From: Asterias rubens | Taxonomy: Eukaryota | DNA: 64,000 bases | Direction: 5' to 3' | Assembly (NCBI RefSeq): GCF_902459465.1 | Contig: NC_047068.1 | Span: 16,430,001-16,494,000 of the forward strand | Shown: piece after piece, positions 36,101 through 49,553 of the stretch | Numbering within the stretch: the first letter of the stretch is position 1 | Layout of the letters: the number at the start of each line of letters is the position of its first letter | The notes under the pieces: model-generated | Database searches by the model: none | Told to the model about the DNA's origin: nothing | What the model saw: only the letters and a program-made list of their open reading frames with translations | Made by a program: the position numbers and the translations under genes

Positions 36101-39100
36101 AACATTCCCCAATCCAGCTTTTCAGTAGACCCAGGAACTTTTCGGTGTTGTTCTTTTCAATTAGAGACCCCCAGTGGGTGCTTGATGTCCTTTCTGATCT
36201 GATGTCCTTAGCTGTTCATAGACATGCTTGATTGATAAGTGCATCGGGCAGCGAGTCAGTGACAGCATCACTGGGATGGGAGGGTGGTTGACCTCATCTT
36301 CAACGAGTGTCACCTACTACGTGTATTTTTCTTGAGTATAAAGATTCAAAAGTTTAATAATCTCATATGACTAAATTAGTTTGACTAACTTTTCATTCTG
36401 TTATTCCCTTTCCCTATAAACAGTGCAATACAATTAAAACACCAATTTTACTCCAGATTCGTGCCGGGAGATGTGACTTTCTTACCTTTTTATCAGCGTT
36501 TTTTTTTATTTTTAAATGTTTGCCTCTTAACGTTTCGCAATTTTTAAAATGCTTTATTAAATGACTAGTGAAACTAATCGAAACATAAACGAAAATTACG
36601 TGAGTATTTGGCTGTGTTTCATAGAAAATTCATGTATAATAAATTATTAAGTTGATATTTTACCAGCCTGATGAACTTCTTTCATGATATTTATAAAAAG
36701 CATTTTTAAAACTTGCTGTGCAAAAGTTATGTAAAATTTTTTATAAAACTTGCTAATACAAAAAGAAAATTGCATACCTAGCAGTTCGGCTATGCAACAT
36801 ATTTGGACAAAATCATCCCTGTAGTATTTTTGTTGTTGGGCCTATTTGGTAAATTTTGCCCTTTTGACCATCAACCTGACGTATCGTCATCCTGATATGC
36901 TAACTTATGCACTTAAAGGAAAAACCCTAATACAGTATTAAGATGTTAACAAGTTCATCACATTACAGAATTTAATACAGACTCACCCTGTTGTCACTGG
37001 TATAAAAGGACTAAGCAGAGTACCAGTTGCACAGATAATTGTGTGACACAATCATCATCTGGTTGAGATGTTCTCTTATTAATGTGACGCTTGTGATGCA
37101 AAACTGTCGAGCATCAAAATCATCACATAAGGCCGAATGTCCTGTCAAACATTTTATGAAATCACTAAATGTTTCACAGTGTGGTGAAATGTTGGACAAT
37201 CCCTGTTGAAGCATGATAAACATGCTTTTTGTATCAACTCTTAAGGCAATGATATTAAAAACAGATCATCACGCACATTTGTATTGTGCATTTCATTGTA
37301 TGCATTGAGTTATTCACTTCAAAATATGTCGCTAGACTTTCCTACAGTACGTACAATGTAAACATCTATGTTGTAAAATTAAAGAAAATGGCCCTGCCCT
37401 TTTGGTTGAGTTTCACTGTCTGTGTGGACGGAATATTGTCAGGTTTTGAACATCTTCAATATTTTTTCAAGCAAACTTGAAGTTTTGATTCTGATAGGTC
37501 GCTCCATAGCAAGAGTGTGATATAAACCTTAGGTCTTTATCAAACATTGGTCAGCCTCAGGCGAAGGCTCGCAGCTCGGTCTTTAACCTGCATTTTGGAG
37601 CAGCGCGTATTGCTCGAACATCATTGTAGCCCTAGCCGAGGTTTGAGAAAGGTCCCTTACAACAAAACAGCCCACATCAAACATTGTTACATGTATATTG
37701 TACAAAGCACTAACATTTTGTGTGGCAAGTAGCTACATGTAGGTGGTTTCTCATTTTAAAAAAGTGATTAAACAAATTATAATAATTCTTGTTTGTATTT
37801 ATTGTACAGGCGGACTCAGTCAAGTACTTCTTAAATGAATTGGATCGGATAGGAAACAAGGTAAGACACTAGAATGCAGACCGAGCTTTTCCTTGTAACT
37901 CGAGCCACCATCTTGTGTTTTCTGATCTTGTGTTTTCTGGGGACCTTACATGTATAATGACATAATTACCAAACGTGTACCTTCCCTTTAAGAGCAAAGA
38001 ACTATACTATAATTGCTTCTCTCCACCCAGGAGTAGAAATGGGCACCAGCGAGAGCTGGGATTAATCTGCGATGGACTGGCATCCTGTCCTGTGGAATAG
38101 TAGTATACAAATATTGAGTGGCTTAGAGTGGAATGGAAGGAATATTATCGCTCGGTAAAATTTGGACTGTTCCAATATTATCGCTCGGTAAATTTTGGAA
38201 CAGTCCAAATTTTACCGAGCGATAATATTCCTTCCATTCCACGAATTAAAGCCACTCAATATTTGCTGTATATAACTGACATATAGAGATCCTTGTCATT
38301 TGATGTATTTTAAAAGTATAACATGAAAAATCACACAAATTACTGACATCCAAAAATCATATAGCGCCGCATAGCGGCAACAATGCACAAATCAGATCAC
38401 AACCTTTTGCACACGTGCTCCTTTGTTTTAGCGGCGGCACTGTACATGTACTGCTCAAAAACATTGGGAACAAGGATGATCCTAACTGTTGAATGGGAAA
38501 TGCTATTCCCCATGGGCGAATACACTGTAGGTCTTTTTGATCGCCGGTGCGGATGGGAGTAATAGTGTATGTCACGTGAAGTAAGTTCCACCAATCAAAT
38601 GACAAGGATCTGTATGTCAGTTATATAATTAAAAATATTCTCAGTCGTTTTATACAAGGAGAATGAACGAGAGGGTGTACGTAGATTCGTGGATAAAATT
38701 TGTACGAGACAAGGGAACAAATCTACACTTTAGAGTCTATTTTCTGACTTAAACTATTTCCCAAATGATTATGTAACAGTTTCAAGGAATTTGATGTCAC
38801 ATAAATAATAACAACACTTAATTATTCTACCTTATTTCTTGTACTTTGTCAAACCGCGATTATCAGGCATACTTTATAGTGCTACTGCTTGCAACACTAT
38901 CAAGTGCATTGTCAGATTGAAAGGTTAACAATAAATTGTGTTCGCAAAAGTGTTTATTGCCATACATTTTTAGAATTATCACCAGTATATCTTCCCCTTC
39001 AGTTTTTTAAATATATTTATAGTAATATCTTTTGTGTTTATCTTTGCGATTAATTTGCAGGATTATCTCCCCACAATGAAGGATATCCTCTTTGCCAGGA

Positions 39101-39630
39101 AAGCAACAAAAGGTATTGTTGAGCATGTCATCGACATCAGAAGTGTCCCGTTTCGCTTCGTCGATGTCGGCGGGCAGCGGTCGCAACGACAGAAGTGGTT
39201 CCAGTGCTTTGAAGGGGTCACGTCAATCCTATTTCTGGTGTCGTCCAGCGAGTTTGATCAGGTCCTGATGGAGGATCGCATCACCAACCGACTAGTAGAG
39301 TCATGCAACATCTTCGATACCATCGTCAATCACAAGTACTTCTCCGAAGTGTCCATTATCCTCTTCCTTAATAAATCCGACCTTCTGGAGCAAAAGGTCA
39401 AAGTAGTAAACCTCAAGGACTACTTTTCAGCATTCGAGGGCGACCCCACCGACGTGAAACAAGTGCAGAACTTTATCCTTCTCATGTTCGACATGCGGCG
39501 GCGCGATCGCAGTAAATCGCTCTTCCACCACTTCACTACGGCCGTCGACACGGAGAACATTAAGTTTGTATTCTACGCGGTCAGGGACACGATTCTAAAA
39601 CAGAATCTGCAAGGGATCATGCTGCAGTAA
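32734..39630 (+). CDS. GNA12/13: Heterotrimeric G protein alpha subunit, G12/13 class, 360 aa, 3 exons
   Basis: Exons 32734-33195, 37810-37860, 39061-39630. G-boxes [21 protein letters not shown]; G12-class features [19 protein letters not shown] and C-terminal IMLQ; N-terminal CC (putative palmitoylation). It cannot be assigned to vertebrate GNA12 versus GNA13. Confidence 0.96.
33511..34073 (+). mobile_element. tRNA-derived SINE family 1 with nested MITE
   Basis: tggcctagcggtt...ggttcaagtccc head; interrupted at about 33771-33890. Confidence 0.75.
37810..37860 (+). CDS. GNA12/13: G-alpha12/13 exon 2 ([17 protein letters not shown])
   Basis: gtacag| acceptor, |gtaaga donor; 51 nt; SVKYFL motif. 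Confidence 0.94.
38108..38266. repeat. Near-perfect foldback (about 67-bp arms, 21-nt loop)
   Basis: caaatattgagtggctt...ggtaaaatttggactgttcca is the reverse complement of tggaacagtccaaattttacc...aagccactcaatatttg. Confidence 0.92.
38270..38627. mobile_element. MITE with about 35-bp TIRs, TA-flanked
   Basis: tataactgacatatagagatccttgtcatttga ... tcaaatgacaaggatctgtatgtcagttata. Confidence 0.75.
39061..39630 (+). CDS. GNA12/13: G-alpha12/13 exon 3 ([17 protein letters not shown]...LQGIMLQ*)
   Basis: tttgcag| acceptor; switch I-III; TAA stop. Confidence 0.96.
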   Translation, partial: DYLPTMKDILFARKATKGIVEHVIDIRSVPFRFVDVGGQRSQRQKWFQCFEGVTSILFLVSSSEFDQVLMEDRITNRLVESCNIFDTIVNHKYFSEVSIILFLNKSDLLEQKVKVVNLKDYFSAFEGDPTDVKQVQNFILLMFDMRRRDRSKSLFHHFTTAVDTENIKFVFYAVRDTILKQNLQGIMLQ

Positions 39631-39659
39631 CGTTTAGCATACCTTGCCTGTTCAACCAC

Positions 39660-40115
39660 TTATCTGTCTGTGCCTCTTACATGTAACAAAGCACGCTTCA
39701 AGTGTATGGTACACAAGGTACAATGTATGCCATAGAAGACGCAGCAACCAGGCCTGGAATTACACAGAGGCTATGGCCCCTGCTGCCCCATAGACCTAAC
39801 AATTTTACCATTGAAGTGCCCTTTGCGAAATGAAAATGGTCTTGCCCTCTCAAGAGGAAATTCCAGGCTGGTCAACTAATCATCTGTCTGTGCCTCTTAC
39901 AAGTAACAGAGCAAGCTTCAAGTGTATGGTATGCCATAGAAGACGCAGCAACCAGGCCTTGAGTTACGAAATGTACAAGTACACCGAGGCTGTTGCCCCT
40001 GGTCTTGACCTTGGAGCCCCATCAAAAGCTTCCCATAGACTTCACAATTTTCACATGGAAGTGCCCTTTCCAAAATGAAAATGGCCTTGCCCTCTCAGAG
40101 ACGAAATTCCAGGTC
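39660..40115 (+). repeat. About 221-bp tandem duplication in the G-alpha12/13 3'UTR, each unit carrying a MITE fragment
   Basis: atctgtctgtgcctcttac...atgccatagaagacgcagcaaccaggcct at about 39662 and 39882. Confidence 0.85.
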
Positions 40116-42705
40116 TGAGCGACATCATGAGGATGGTGTTGGGATGGGGCACACTTCCACCTGCCGTTGGCTCAGTGCGTACTGTTCCCGGTAAATTCAA
40201 CCACCAGTCCTCGATTCAGCGGAATGAAACGGACACAGCAGTCTTGGTCTTTTATCAAAGCAGCCATAGATATTCTGAGATTTTAAATGGAAGTGCCCTT
40301 TTACTCAAGAGAAAGAAAAAGTGACCTTGCCCCTTCAGGAGATGAAAGTTCAAGTCTGCTTGGAGCCATACATGTAGCTTGATTGGAGTGAACCTGGGGA
40401 AACTACCGCTATAGTGGAGTAGACATTCTTGGTGAAATTCAGTTTGCAGATCTCCACCCACCCTAGCAATCCAGAATGGTTCGTTTTTGTCGACAGAAGA
40501 CAACCAACGTTCCGGTTTCATCTTAACGTAATTAACTGCAGAAGTTAATACTGTATGTTTTCAATTATTAAATATGTTAAACTATTATGGTGCATACATG
40601 TACGTGTACATGTATGTATGTCAATGTATGTGTATGCTCATTCATAATGCACACTGGGTGAAATGCAAACTGCTCGGGCCAAACAAAATAAATGTTGCGT
40701 TTTTTGTTGTAACCAGACTAAAAAAAATAATATGTGCATAATGTACACAATATGTATGTAGTTGGGATTTTTACTTGTGACATTTTGTTTGTTGCATGCA
40801 CTGGTGCATTGTGTGTACATGTAATGTGCAATGTTGAAAACACAATTATTGCTGTTTTTTGCCATCAATCATTGATAATCAGTCCGTCTTCTTCTGTTAT
40901 TGTTGCTGACGTTTACAAGAAGGAAAAAGCTGTAGAATTACTTGCATATGTGGAAAAATCCTGACTCTACAATGTACCTTTCGCTTATTGATTTGTTTGG
41001 TTTAGACGCTAGAAATGTGGTTTATTTTGTTTGGCCTGAAAATATTAGCCCCAACAGAGCCTTCTTAAAGACTTAAAAGGGGGAAATCCATTGTTCTTTG
41101 GAAAGTGCGCGGCCAATTGTATGGGAACTATTGTAAATGTTGTCTCCTGTCATGAATGTGTACATTGCTGAAGTCTCCTCGCCCCCTCCCCCCTCTAAAA
41201 TAATGCAACAGTACATGTAGGTTTGAGGACATGTACAAAAGTTTATTGAGTATTTTGACGATTGTACACCTTTTTTCAGACCATCCATTTATATCCAAAT
41301 ACTAACACTTTAAATATTAGTTAATGAAATGTGAAAGAAAAGATTCCTGTTCGTGCATGTGTACAACTGGGGGTCTTAAACACTGCATGGGCATGGAACC
41401 TAAGGCTTTACATCCCATCTGAAGAATGAAGCAAGTGTCTTGCTCAAGGACGCAAGTGTCACGACTGGGACTCAAACCCACATTATGATCAGAAACACAA
41501 GGGCCCAATATCATGGCTAATACTGTAAGCAAAAAATAGGCGCTTGCAGAAGCAGGGAATGCTGTGCCTACATGTATATGTCAAGCGTATTTCACAGGTT
41601 AGCGGGAATTGTGGCTTGTGTGGGTGCGTACTCAACGATACCAGGCATTCTACGCTTACACAGCTAGCGCAGAAACTCGTCGCTTGCAGTGCTAGTGGAG
41701 AAAAGTCAACGTGATTAAACACAAAAAAGACCACTGGGAACACAGCTTTACAAATCAAAAACCACTTATAATGCATTGTCTTACCAACAGGATGTAGTTC
41801 ACTCTCTAACAGTACGGTACTGTGTACCAGCATTTTGCAAAAGATGATTTTTTTCAAGACTATTCGACAGTAAATGGCACATGAACAACTTTCTTTACAT
41901 ATGTACATGCTAATTACAAGCATGGAGGACATGGCAAGAAGTTTTAGGTTTTTATGTAAATAACGTTTATTTTTTTTATGCAAATGAAGTAAGTGTAAGT
42001 GTGGACATTGAGAAATATTTAAAGATGGTCGCTGAATCTATGTTGGCATTTTTTTTTTAATATAATAGATCTCGTTGTAAATCTTGTAAAAAAAGACTGT
42101 AATTGTGGGTTTGTAAAGTTTGTTTGTAATTTAAAAAAAAAAATAATAAAAAATTATGACGGAAGTGGCTTGAAGAGATGTGAACAAACTTTTCTTTTTT
42201 TTCCTATCTCGACAACCTGTCTGGTTCAATCAAGCTTTGTAACTCCCAGCAGCATCTGTTTTAACACCCATTCAGTTTCCTTCAATGTTTATTACATAAC
42301 ATTTGAAATAAAAAGATGCATTCTCTTTAAGGTGCTCCCTAGACTTGACTCAAGTCCCAATCCTGTGCAAGATCCTTCCTGGCCTCATCGTCAGAAAACT
42401 ATTGTTTTGCGCTCTGCATTTTCCACTCTGTTCCACGCTCAGGACCTCAATAGCTACATTTTGTCGATGAGGGTGCATTGGCAGACTGGTATTACACATG
42501 TTACATTGTACATTTGTACAAGTGTGTTAAGGACCTCACACAGGAAAGGGACTTGAATCAAGTCTAGGTGCTCCCCTGCCTGCCACTTCCCAGGTTGTAT
42601 CAGAAACTTGGGTGTGATCCCTGGCTACATGGCAGTTACAGGTTGTATGGTATCTGACCCGCACCCCAGAGCAATGATATTGACAACCTCCCGACAAGAT
42701 ACATT

Positions 42706-43049
42706 AGGCCAAGTAAAAAAAAGTACCAGTTGATCGTCCGGGTTTTTTCAAAAATAGGAGAATGAGGGCCTTGTTATTTTTTTTATTTTTTTCCTTTAAA
42801 AAGGTGTCCGCCAAGCATTTCATTTTACACTTGCCTAAAAGTCAGTTTAAAGTCACCGCTTACTTATGTAGTTACAAGTTCTTAAAAGATTAAATTAATC
42901 TAGAAATACACAGAGAAAATTTGCCTTTTTGAAAAAAAGAAAGAAAAAAAACAAAACAAAAAAACATGGATGCAGCCTCGAAAAAAGGATGCAGGCTCAA
43001 AAAAGGTTGAGGGAGGGGACGATCAACTGGTATTTTTACATATGGCCTT
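42706..43049. mobile_element. MITE with about 33-bp TIRs
   Basis: aggccaagtaaaaaaaagtaccagttgatcgtcc ... ggacgatcaactggtatttttacatatggcct. Confidence 0.65.
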
Positions 43050-46000
43050 ATAATGTAGCTCAGTTGGCAGGGTGCTGGCACATAAATCCAGAGGTGGCAG
43101 GTTCAAATCCTGCTGTAGTCAAATTTGTCTTAGTTCAACCTGAGCATTTAATATGAATGCTCTTTACAGTTGTTGTGTGAATCACAAACTCTTACCCACC
43201 ATCCCAGGAGGTCAAAACAATATATTATATTGTAACTCAATGATGTGAAAAAAGTCGTATACCTCTGATTTCTTAATTTCTTTGGCATATTATCTCCTTT
43301 TGCTTTCAGATTTTCTGCAAGACATGAATTTACAGTCAAAACTTTATTCCTCTTTGGTCAAAACTTCTGGTTTCCCTTTTGCAGTGATTTAAATATTCTG
43401 GGAATCCTCTAAAGGAACTGGACATGTTTGGTAAATACTTAAAATAATTGATAGCATAAAAACTCACTAGGAAATGAGCAACAGAAAGCTGTTAATGGTA
43501 TAAACACATTGTGAGAAACGACTCCCTCTGAAGTATCTATAGTTTTTGAGAAAGAGATAATTTCTCACGTACATGACATACTGACATAAATATTTGAATC
43601 TAAGAAAGACTTCAGGCCTGAAAAGTTTCTCAGACATCTTAAATCACACAAATTTGTGCAGAAGGGTTCTTTGTCTTTCATTATTTTCCTGCAACTTCGA
43701 TGACCAATTGAGTCCAAAATTTCACAGGTTTTGTTTTACAATGCTGGGATACACCAAGTGAGAATACTGGTCTTTAACAATTGCCAAACGTGTCCAGTGC
43801 CTGTAAAAAAAGCAGAACAAATTTTGAGTTTTTACCTTTAAACCATTTTCTTTTTATTTCTAAAATCTCTTATTATGATTTTTGATTTGTTTGTACAATC
43901 CCTGAGGTAAAACCATTGTTGGCTTGTATCACCTCTTCTGAGAATGAATTTAATGATCTAGAGATTGTTCATAATTTCCAGATATAGGTGCAAATTCTGT
44001 GATGCTAATTCCAAAGTGATTATTTTAAAAGCAATTTTTTTTATATAACTATAAGCCATGTGATTGGTTGGTTAATGTCTGTATGAATTTACATTATAAT
44101 GCTGCGTCAAACTTTCATTCTCTTGAATACTTTTATGATAAATATTCAATATTACCCAGTACAGTGTTTTGTATTTGTGATGCGATCAAGCAAAATGAGT
44201 TGTTTTTCGAATCAGGCCGTTTTTTTATTTCTGTATACATTTGAAAAGAACATAGTCTATGCTTTAATTCCTTATAAAAAAAATCCATGTTGATACTACC
44301 TTTTGTTCAAAACTTGTGAAAGGAGAAACACCAAGAGACGTGTAAAACTGAGAAAAGGTTGTTAAAAGTCGAATGGTTTATTGAAAAAAATTATCACATT
44401 TTCTCTCAATGCGAAATTTTACCCTTCTTGATGTTATTTATCAGAAAGGAAGTAGTCAATATGAATAAGATAAATTGTGGCATTTAAATTACAAAGAAAA
44501 ATATTTGTGAAAATTTCACCCCTGTTTTGGCTTGTTTCTCCATTCTCGACAAATCACTCTTTTAGGCTTGATCGCTTCACATTTGTTTCTTTTTCTTTTC
44601 TTGTAGTGTTGGTTATGTATTCAACAAACTGTAGACTCTGCAGGGATTAACAATGACAGATATTGTTAATATCTGTGGTCAATAAAGAAGTGTACCATTT
44701 ACATCAAGCCTCTAATTAACCTTGTGAAATTGCCCTTTATGCCCTTGATTCTGCTGTGGTTTGCCATGGTGCCCTGTGTAAAGTTCAAATATATTGTAGA
44801 CCATTTCATAATGCGCAGAGCACTTGCACGCGCCTCTGCTGTCCACCTACATGTCAAAAAGGCGCACAAAAGGATGGTACGCGTGTTTACGCACATCCAA
44901 ACAATGTGCATTACCATTTCTGCCTTTTTGGGCGAGTCCTCTCCTTTTGTACCTGTTTTGACAATCAAAATGGTGGACAAAGAGTTTAAACACTGGACAC
45001 TATTGGTACAGTAACTCAAAATAATTGCTTGCATAAAAACTTACTTGGTAACAAGCAATGGAGAGCTGTTGAAACATTGAGAAACGGCTCCCTCTAAAGG
45101 AACAGTTTTTGTGAAAGTGGTAATTTTTCATTAAAATATTAAAAGGCTTTAGGCCCGTAGCCTTTTGTTAGGTATAGCATATTTTTGGTAAGCATAACTT
45201 TGTTGTGTTCAGCTCCTTTTTGTGCAGCTCTATGAAATTGGGCCTAGGCATTGACCTTTGTACATTTCAGGACAACATTATTAGATTTGAATAATCTGCG
45301 GTAAGCAGAACCGTGATGTTGGGCTGTAGAGATTGTTATCAACTTTTAAAACCTGAGTGACCAAAGTTTGTCACTGTTAACCTTGCTTGAAAGCTGAAAA
45401 GAAAAAGGGAAAGACAACACAAACTTTTGAAAACAACACGTTTTTTTCTGAAAGAGACACCCTACAGATCATTGTCAGTAAAAACAAGCCTCTTTTTGCA
45501 ACTTCCATATTTTGTATTACGCTCTCTTTGAATTTGTGTACATGTATGATGGAAAACCTTTTCATACATAATATGATACATTTTTATACAAACATTGAAA
45601 TATCACACTATAAGCCATTTGCGAGTTAGATTTGAATAATGTTTGGTACAATGACTTGCTTAGTCACAATTCCGCTTACATTTGAATTCCTCAGACAGTT
45701 TGTATGTCAAATGGTTTGGGCGTTTGTTCAGCAACCTCCAGATGAGCAAACCCTTGTACCATTGTGCCATACATGTACATCACATCCATTCAGAATTGTG
45801 TATCCGTGGGTGTTCAACATGTAATACGTGCACTCTGCAAAAGCTCTTTAGTCTGAAGAATTCAAATCTAAGTGGTAAATTGCAGACAACATTCAAGTTT
45901 AATATGCAAATGTTTTATCGGAAGTGTTTTGTCTTAATCTTAATAGTGTAAGCTGTTGCTTAATGGTTAATCATGTGCAGTTGAATACAACACAAGGAAG

Positions 46001-46460
46001 TGTGTGTATGTGCAGTGTAATGTGGTGACTTGTTAACGCAGTGGTTGGTACTCTCGGTTTATACACTGTTTACAAATAGTTACAATGGCATGTATGTATT
46101 GTTGTGAAAGTACATATTGCCTAACTGGAAGTTTTGATCTTCTCTCTTTTGCAACAAGTTTAACTTACTGGGCCCAATTTCATAAAGCTGTTGAGCAGAA
46201 AACACTGCTTGGCAAAATTCTTTGCTAAACAAAAACTGAGTGGGGCACCAGCGATTGCGATGAATTTTGACGTCCTACTCCTGTTTGCAAATGTTTCACA
46301 ACCAAGAGATAAACCCATTTTAACTGTTGTGAATTATTTGTTGCGAATTTGTGACGTCCAAATTTGTATCGGCTTCACTCAATGAGGAAGTTATAAGCAG
46401 TCACAAAAAGTAAACGTGACCTTTTACATGTATTGTCCAATTTGACTGTTTGTCCACAAG

Positions 46461-46581
46461 GTAGCGTAGTGAATTCATCAGGAAATTTTTAAATATTAGC
46501 TTCCTGGAGTGTTTCAAAACTGTTGACAAAGAAGCAAATGGAACCATTCGTGCCGAACTAAGAAAGAGAATTCAACAATGG
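46461..46581 (+). pseudogene. Degenerate EF-hand exon (myosin light chain/calmodulin-like relic)
   Basis: FLECFKTVDKEANGTIRAELR resembles F..F..FDKEGNGT...AELR; flanked by ccacaag| and |gtaaga; a stop or frameshift is needed to reach the acceptor. Confidence 0.35.
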
Positions 46582-47881
46582 TAAGATATGATATGAGCCA
46601 ACACGTCTCTAAAGAGATTTATACTTACATGTAGTAAAACCACAAACCTCACCTGATTTTACTCCCAACCATACAAAGTTTCAAATCTTCCTGCTGCATG
46701 CTAAATTTGTGTTCATTCTCTACGTGAAATGTATGAGACAGAAGTAGGCATCTGGCCTGCCCCTACAGCAATCTCATTGTCAAAAGCAGGCCTACAGGTA
46801 CATTATATGCCACTTGAGGCATTTTCTCTTCGGTAAAGGGCAACCCTTATAAGTAAATTGTAAATTTCTACTGGAGCATTTCAAGGGCACCAAGGCAATG
46901 ACCAGGGGGCATGGAGGCATCACCTTCATTGCCTCCGTGAAGACATAGGCCTGCAAAGCTCATTAATTATGTTGTTTGCTCTTTGCTAATTGCAATTTGT
47001 GTGTATGATTTGTCTACCCATCTTCAGCTTGTGTAGACATTGTAGAGTAGAGAAAACGTCAAGGAAAGATTATTGTGAATGGCCACATTTTGTTCCTGCT
47101 ATATGTGTAGTGATTGGATAATTACCCAAATACACAAAGTCTGAAAGAAAAACTGAGCTGCAGTACACAAAGAACCATCCAATGCAAAATTCAGCATCAA
47201 TTGTAACAGGCAAGACAGAACAATGCAATAGGTTTAATTACTTTTATTGATCCCTTTACTATAAAGCAATCTTTATATCTATTGTGTTGTTTATTAGACA
47301 TTCACAATACATTATGCCAGTGCGAAAATCAAGTATTTGGTTTTGAAAACAAAGTTATATTTTGCAATGGTTTTCAGGATTATTATAAAAAGCCTGATAT
47401 TTTCTGTCAAAACGAGGCATTTCTTTTCTCGGTAAAGAGCAGGGCCCATTTACATTTACTTGTAGCTCTGCTTACCCCCGAATTGTGCACTTGCGATCAC
47501 CATTCTTCGTTTACTGTACAAGCGCCAAATTTCCTTGTTAGCCGTGAAAGCGAAGATTGCCTATTGACTTGGAGTTTCTTGTTTTTCCTTTTTTGTATTG
47601 TTATGTAAGGCACTATGTATCTCAAAATGTATTTATTGTTGATTTATACGCCATATTTAGTGTTGTCTGGATGTATGTATTTACATATAAACATTTGTAC
47701 TGTTGCCTGTTAAACAGGCAATCAAATCTCACTGTATGGTTGCTTAAAATGTTTAACAACTGTCTAAAGGGTCAAATAAGGGGATGGTGGGGTAAGGATT
47801 AGTAAGGGCGGACCTTAATGTTAAGGTCAGACAGATTCAGTGTTCAGTAGGAACCAGGGGTGGATTTCATATAGAGCTTAA

Positions 47882-48260
47882 AGGCAGTGGACACTATTGG
47901 TAATTATCAAAGACTAGCCGTCACAGTTGGTGTATCTCAACATATGCATAAAATAACAAACCTGTGAAAATTTGAGCTCAATCGGTCATCAAAGTTGTGA
48001 GATAATAATGAAAGAAAAATAACCCTTGTCACACGAAGTTGTGTGCGTTTAGATGGTTGATTTCGAGACCTCAAGTTCTAAATCTGAGGTCTTGAAATCA
48101 AATTCGTGGAAAATTACTTCTTTCTCGAAAACTATGGCACTTCAGAGGAAGCCATTTCTCACAATGTTTTCTTACCATCAACCTCTCCCCATTACCCGTC
48201 ACCAAGAAAAATTTTATGCCAATAATTATTTTGAGTAATTACCAATAGTGTCCACTGCCT
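47882..48260. mobile_element. Kolobok-like family A copy, inserted into another MITE (47857-48344)
   Basis: TTAA TSD on both sides. Host ends ggggtggatttca...gtgaaattgacccc match the intact MITE at 319-452. Confidence 0.8.
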
Positions 48261-49196
48261 TTAAGACTGGTCTTATCTCAAGTTTTTAAAGACTAAGTAG
48301 TCCTGAGTTAGAACTAGTACTAAGTTCTTTGTGAAATTGACCCCATCAGACATGGATCGAGAACCAAACCTAAATCTCAACTGTGTGCTACATGTAAGAA
48401 TTGTATGAAAAGTCTATTCCAAGGAAAACATACCGTCACTGATTATAGTTTCTACAGATGAATTTACTAAAAATTCTTAAATATTTCACTTGGGACCTTT
48501 GAAATCGCGGGTTCAATATGTACTGTATATAAATGGTTGAAACCACTCATTAAATTTACAGCACAAAAGCTGACAATGAATATATGGTTGGCTCTCCAAA
48601 TTGGTGGCTGCTTTTGGGCCTGTTGCTGTTGCTGTTGCTTACCCTAACACATGTAACCGTGGTGAAGCCTAAGCCGCTAATGTGTGGCTGCAATGCGCCT
48701 GTTGCTGTTGCTACGGGGCTGCCTGTCCCTTAACACATGTTAAGATAGGCCCAATCATAAAGCCTCTGCCTGTAAGCACAAAAAATCTTTCTGAGCAGGG
48801 AATAGTATCGCTAAGCAGAAACAGGGAACCAGTCAAAATTGCATTTGCATTATTGTGGCTGGTGCCCTACTCAAATTTTGCTTACAAAGAAATTTGTTAA
48901 GCAATATTTCCTGCTTAACAGTTTATGAAATTGGGCCATGCTGATTAATAGCCACCACAACCAATTCGGAAACGACCAATCAGAAGCTAAAGCTGCATAC
49001 ATGTACATGTCACAGGTCTCGTATCACAATGCAATGCATTATATGTCATTTCCATTGTTTTGTTGAGAATACAAATCTGGTATTATTTTTTTTTTCTATG
49101 TACAATTTACAAAATGAATGGTTTAACAAAATAAAATGGTACAGGACTTTTTAAAAGGAACAGTTTGTGATGTCATTTTATATACAAAGAAGTTAA

Positions 49197-49553
49197 AGGC
49201 AGTGGACACTATTGGTAATTACTCAAAATAATTATGAGAATAAAACCTTAATTGGTAACAAGTAATGGGGAGAGGTTGATAGTATCAAACATTGTGAGAA
49301 ACGGCTCCCTCTGAAGGAATTTTCCACGAATTTGATTTCGAGACCTCAGATTTAGAACTTGAGGTCTCGAAATCAACCATCTATAAACGTACACAACTTC
49401 GTGTCACAAGGGTGTTTTTTCTTTCATTATTATCTCGCAAGTTCGATGACCGATTGAGCTCAAATTTTCACAGGTTTGTTATTTTATGCATATGTTAAGA
49501 TACACCAACTGTGAAGGCTAGTCTTTGCCAATTACCAATAGTGTCCGCTGCCT
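49197..49553. mobile_element. Kolobok-like family A copy, inverted relative to 47882-48260
   Basis: TTAA|AGGCAGTGGACAC...GTGTCCGCTGCCT|TTAA. Confidence 0.8.
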
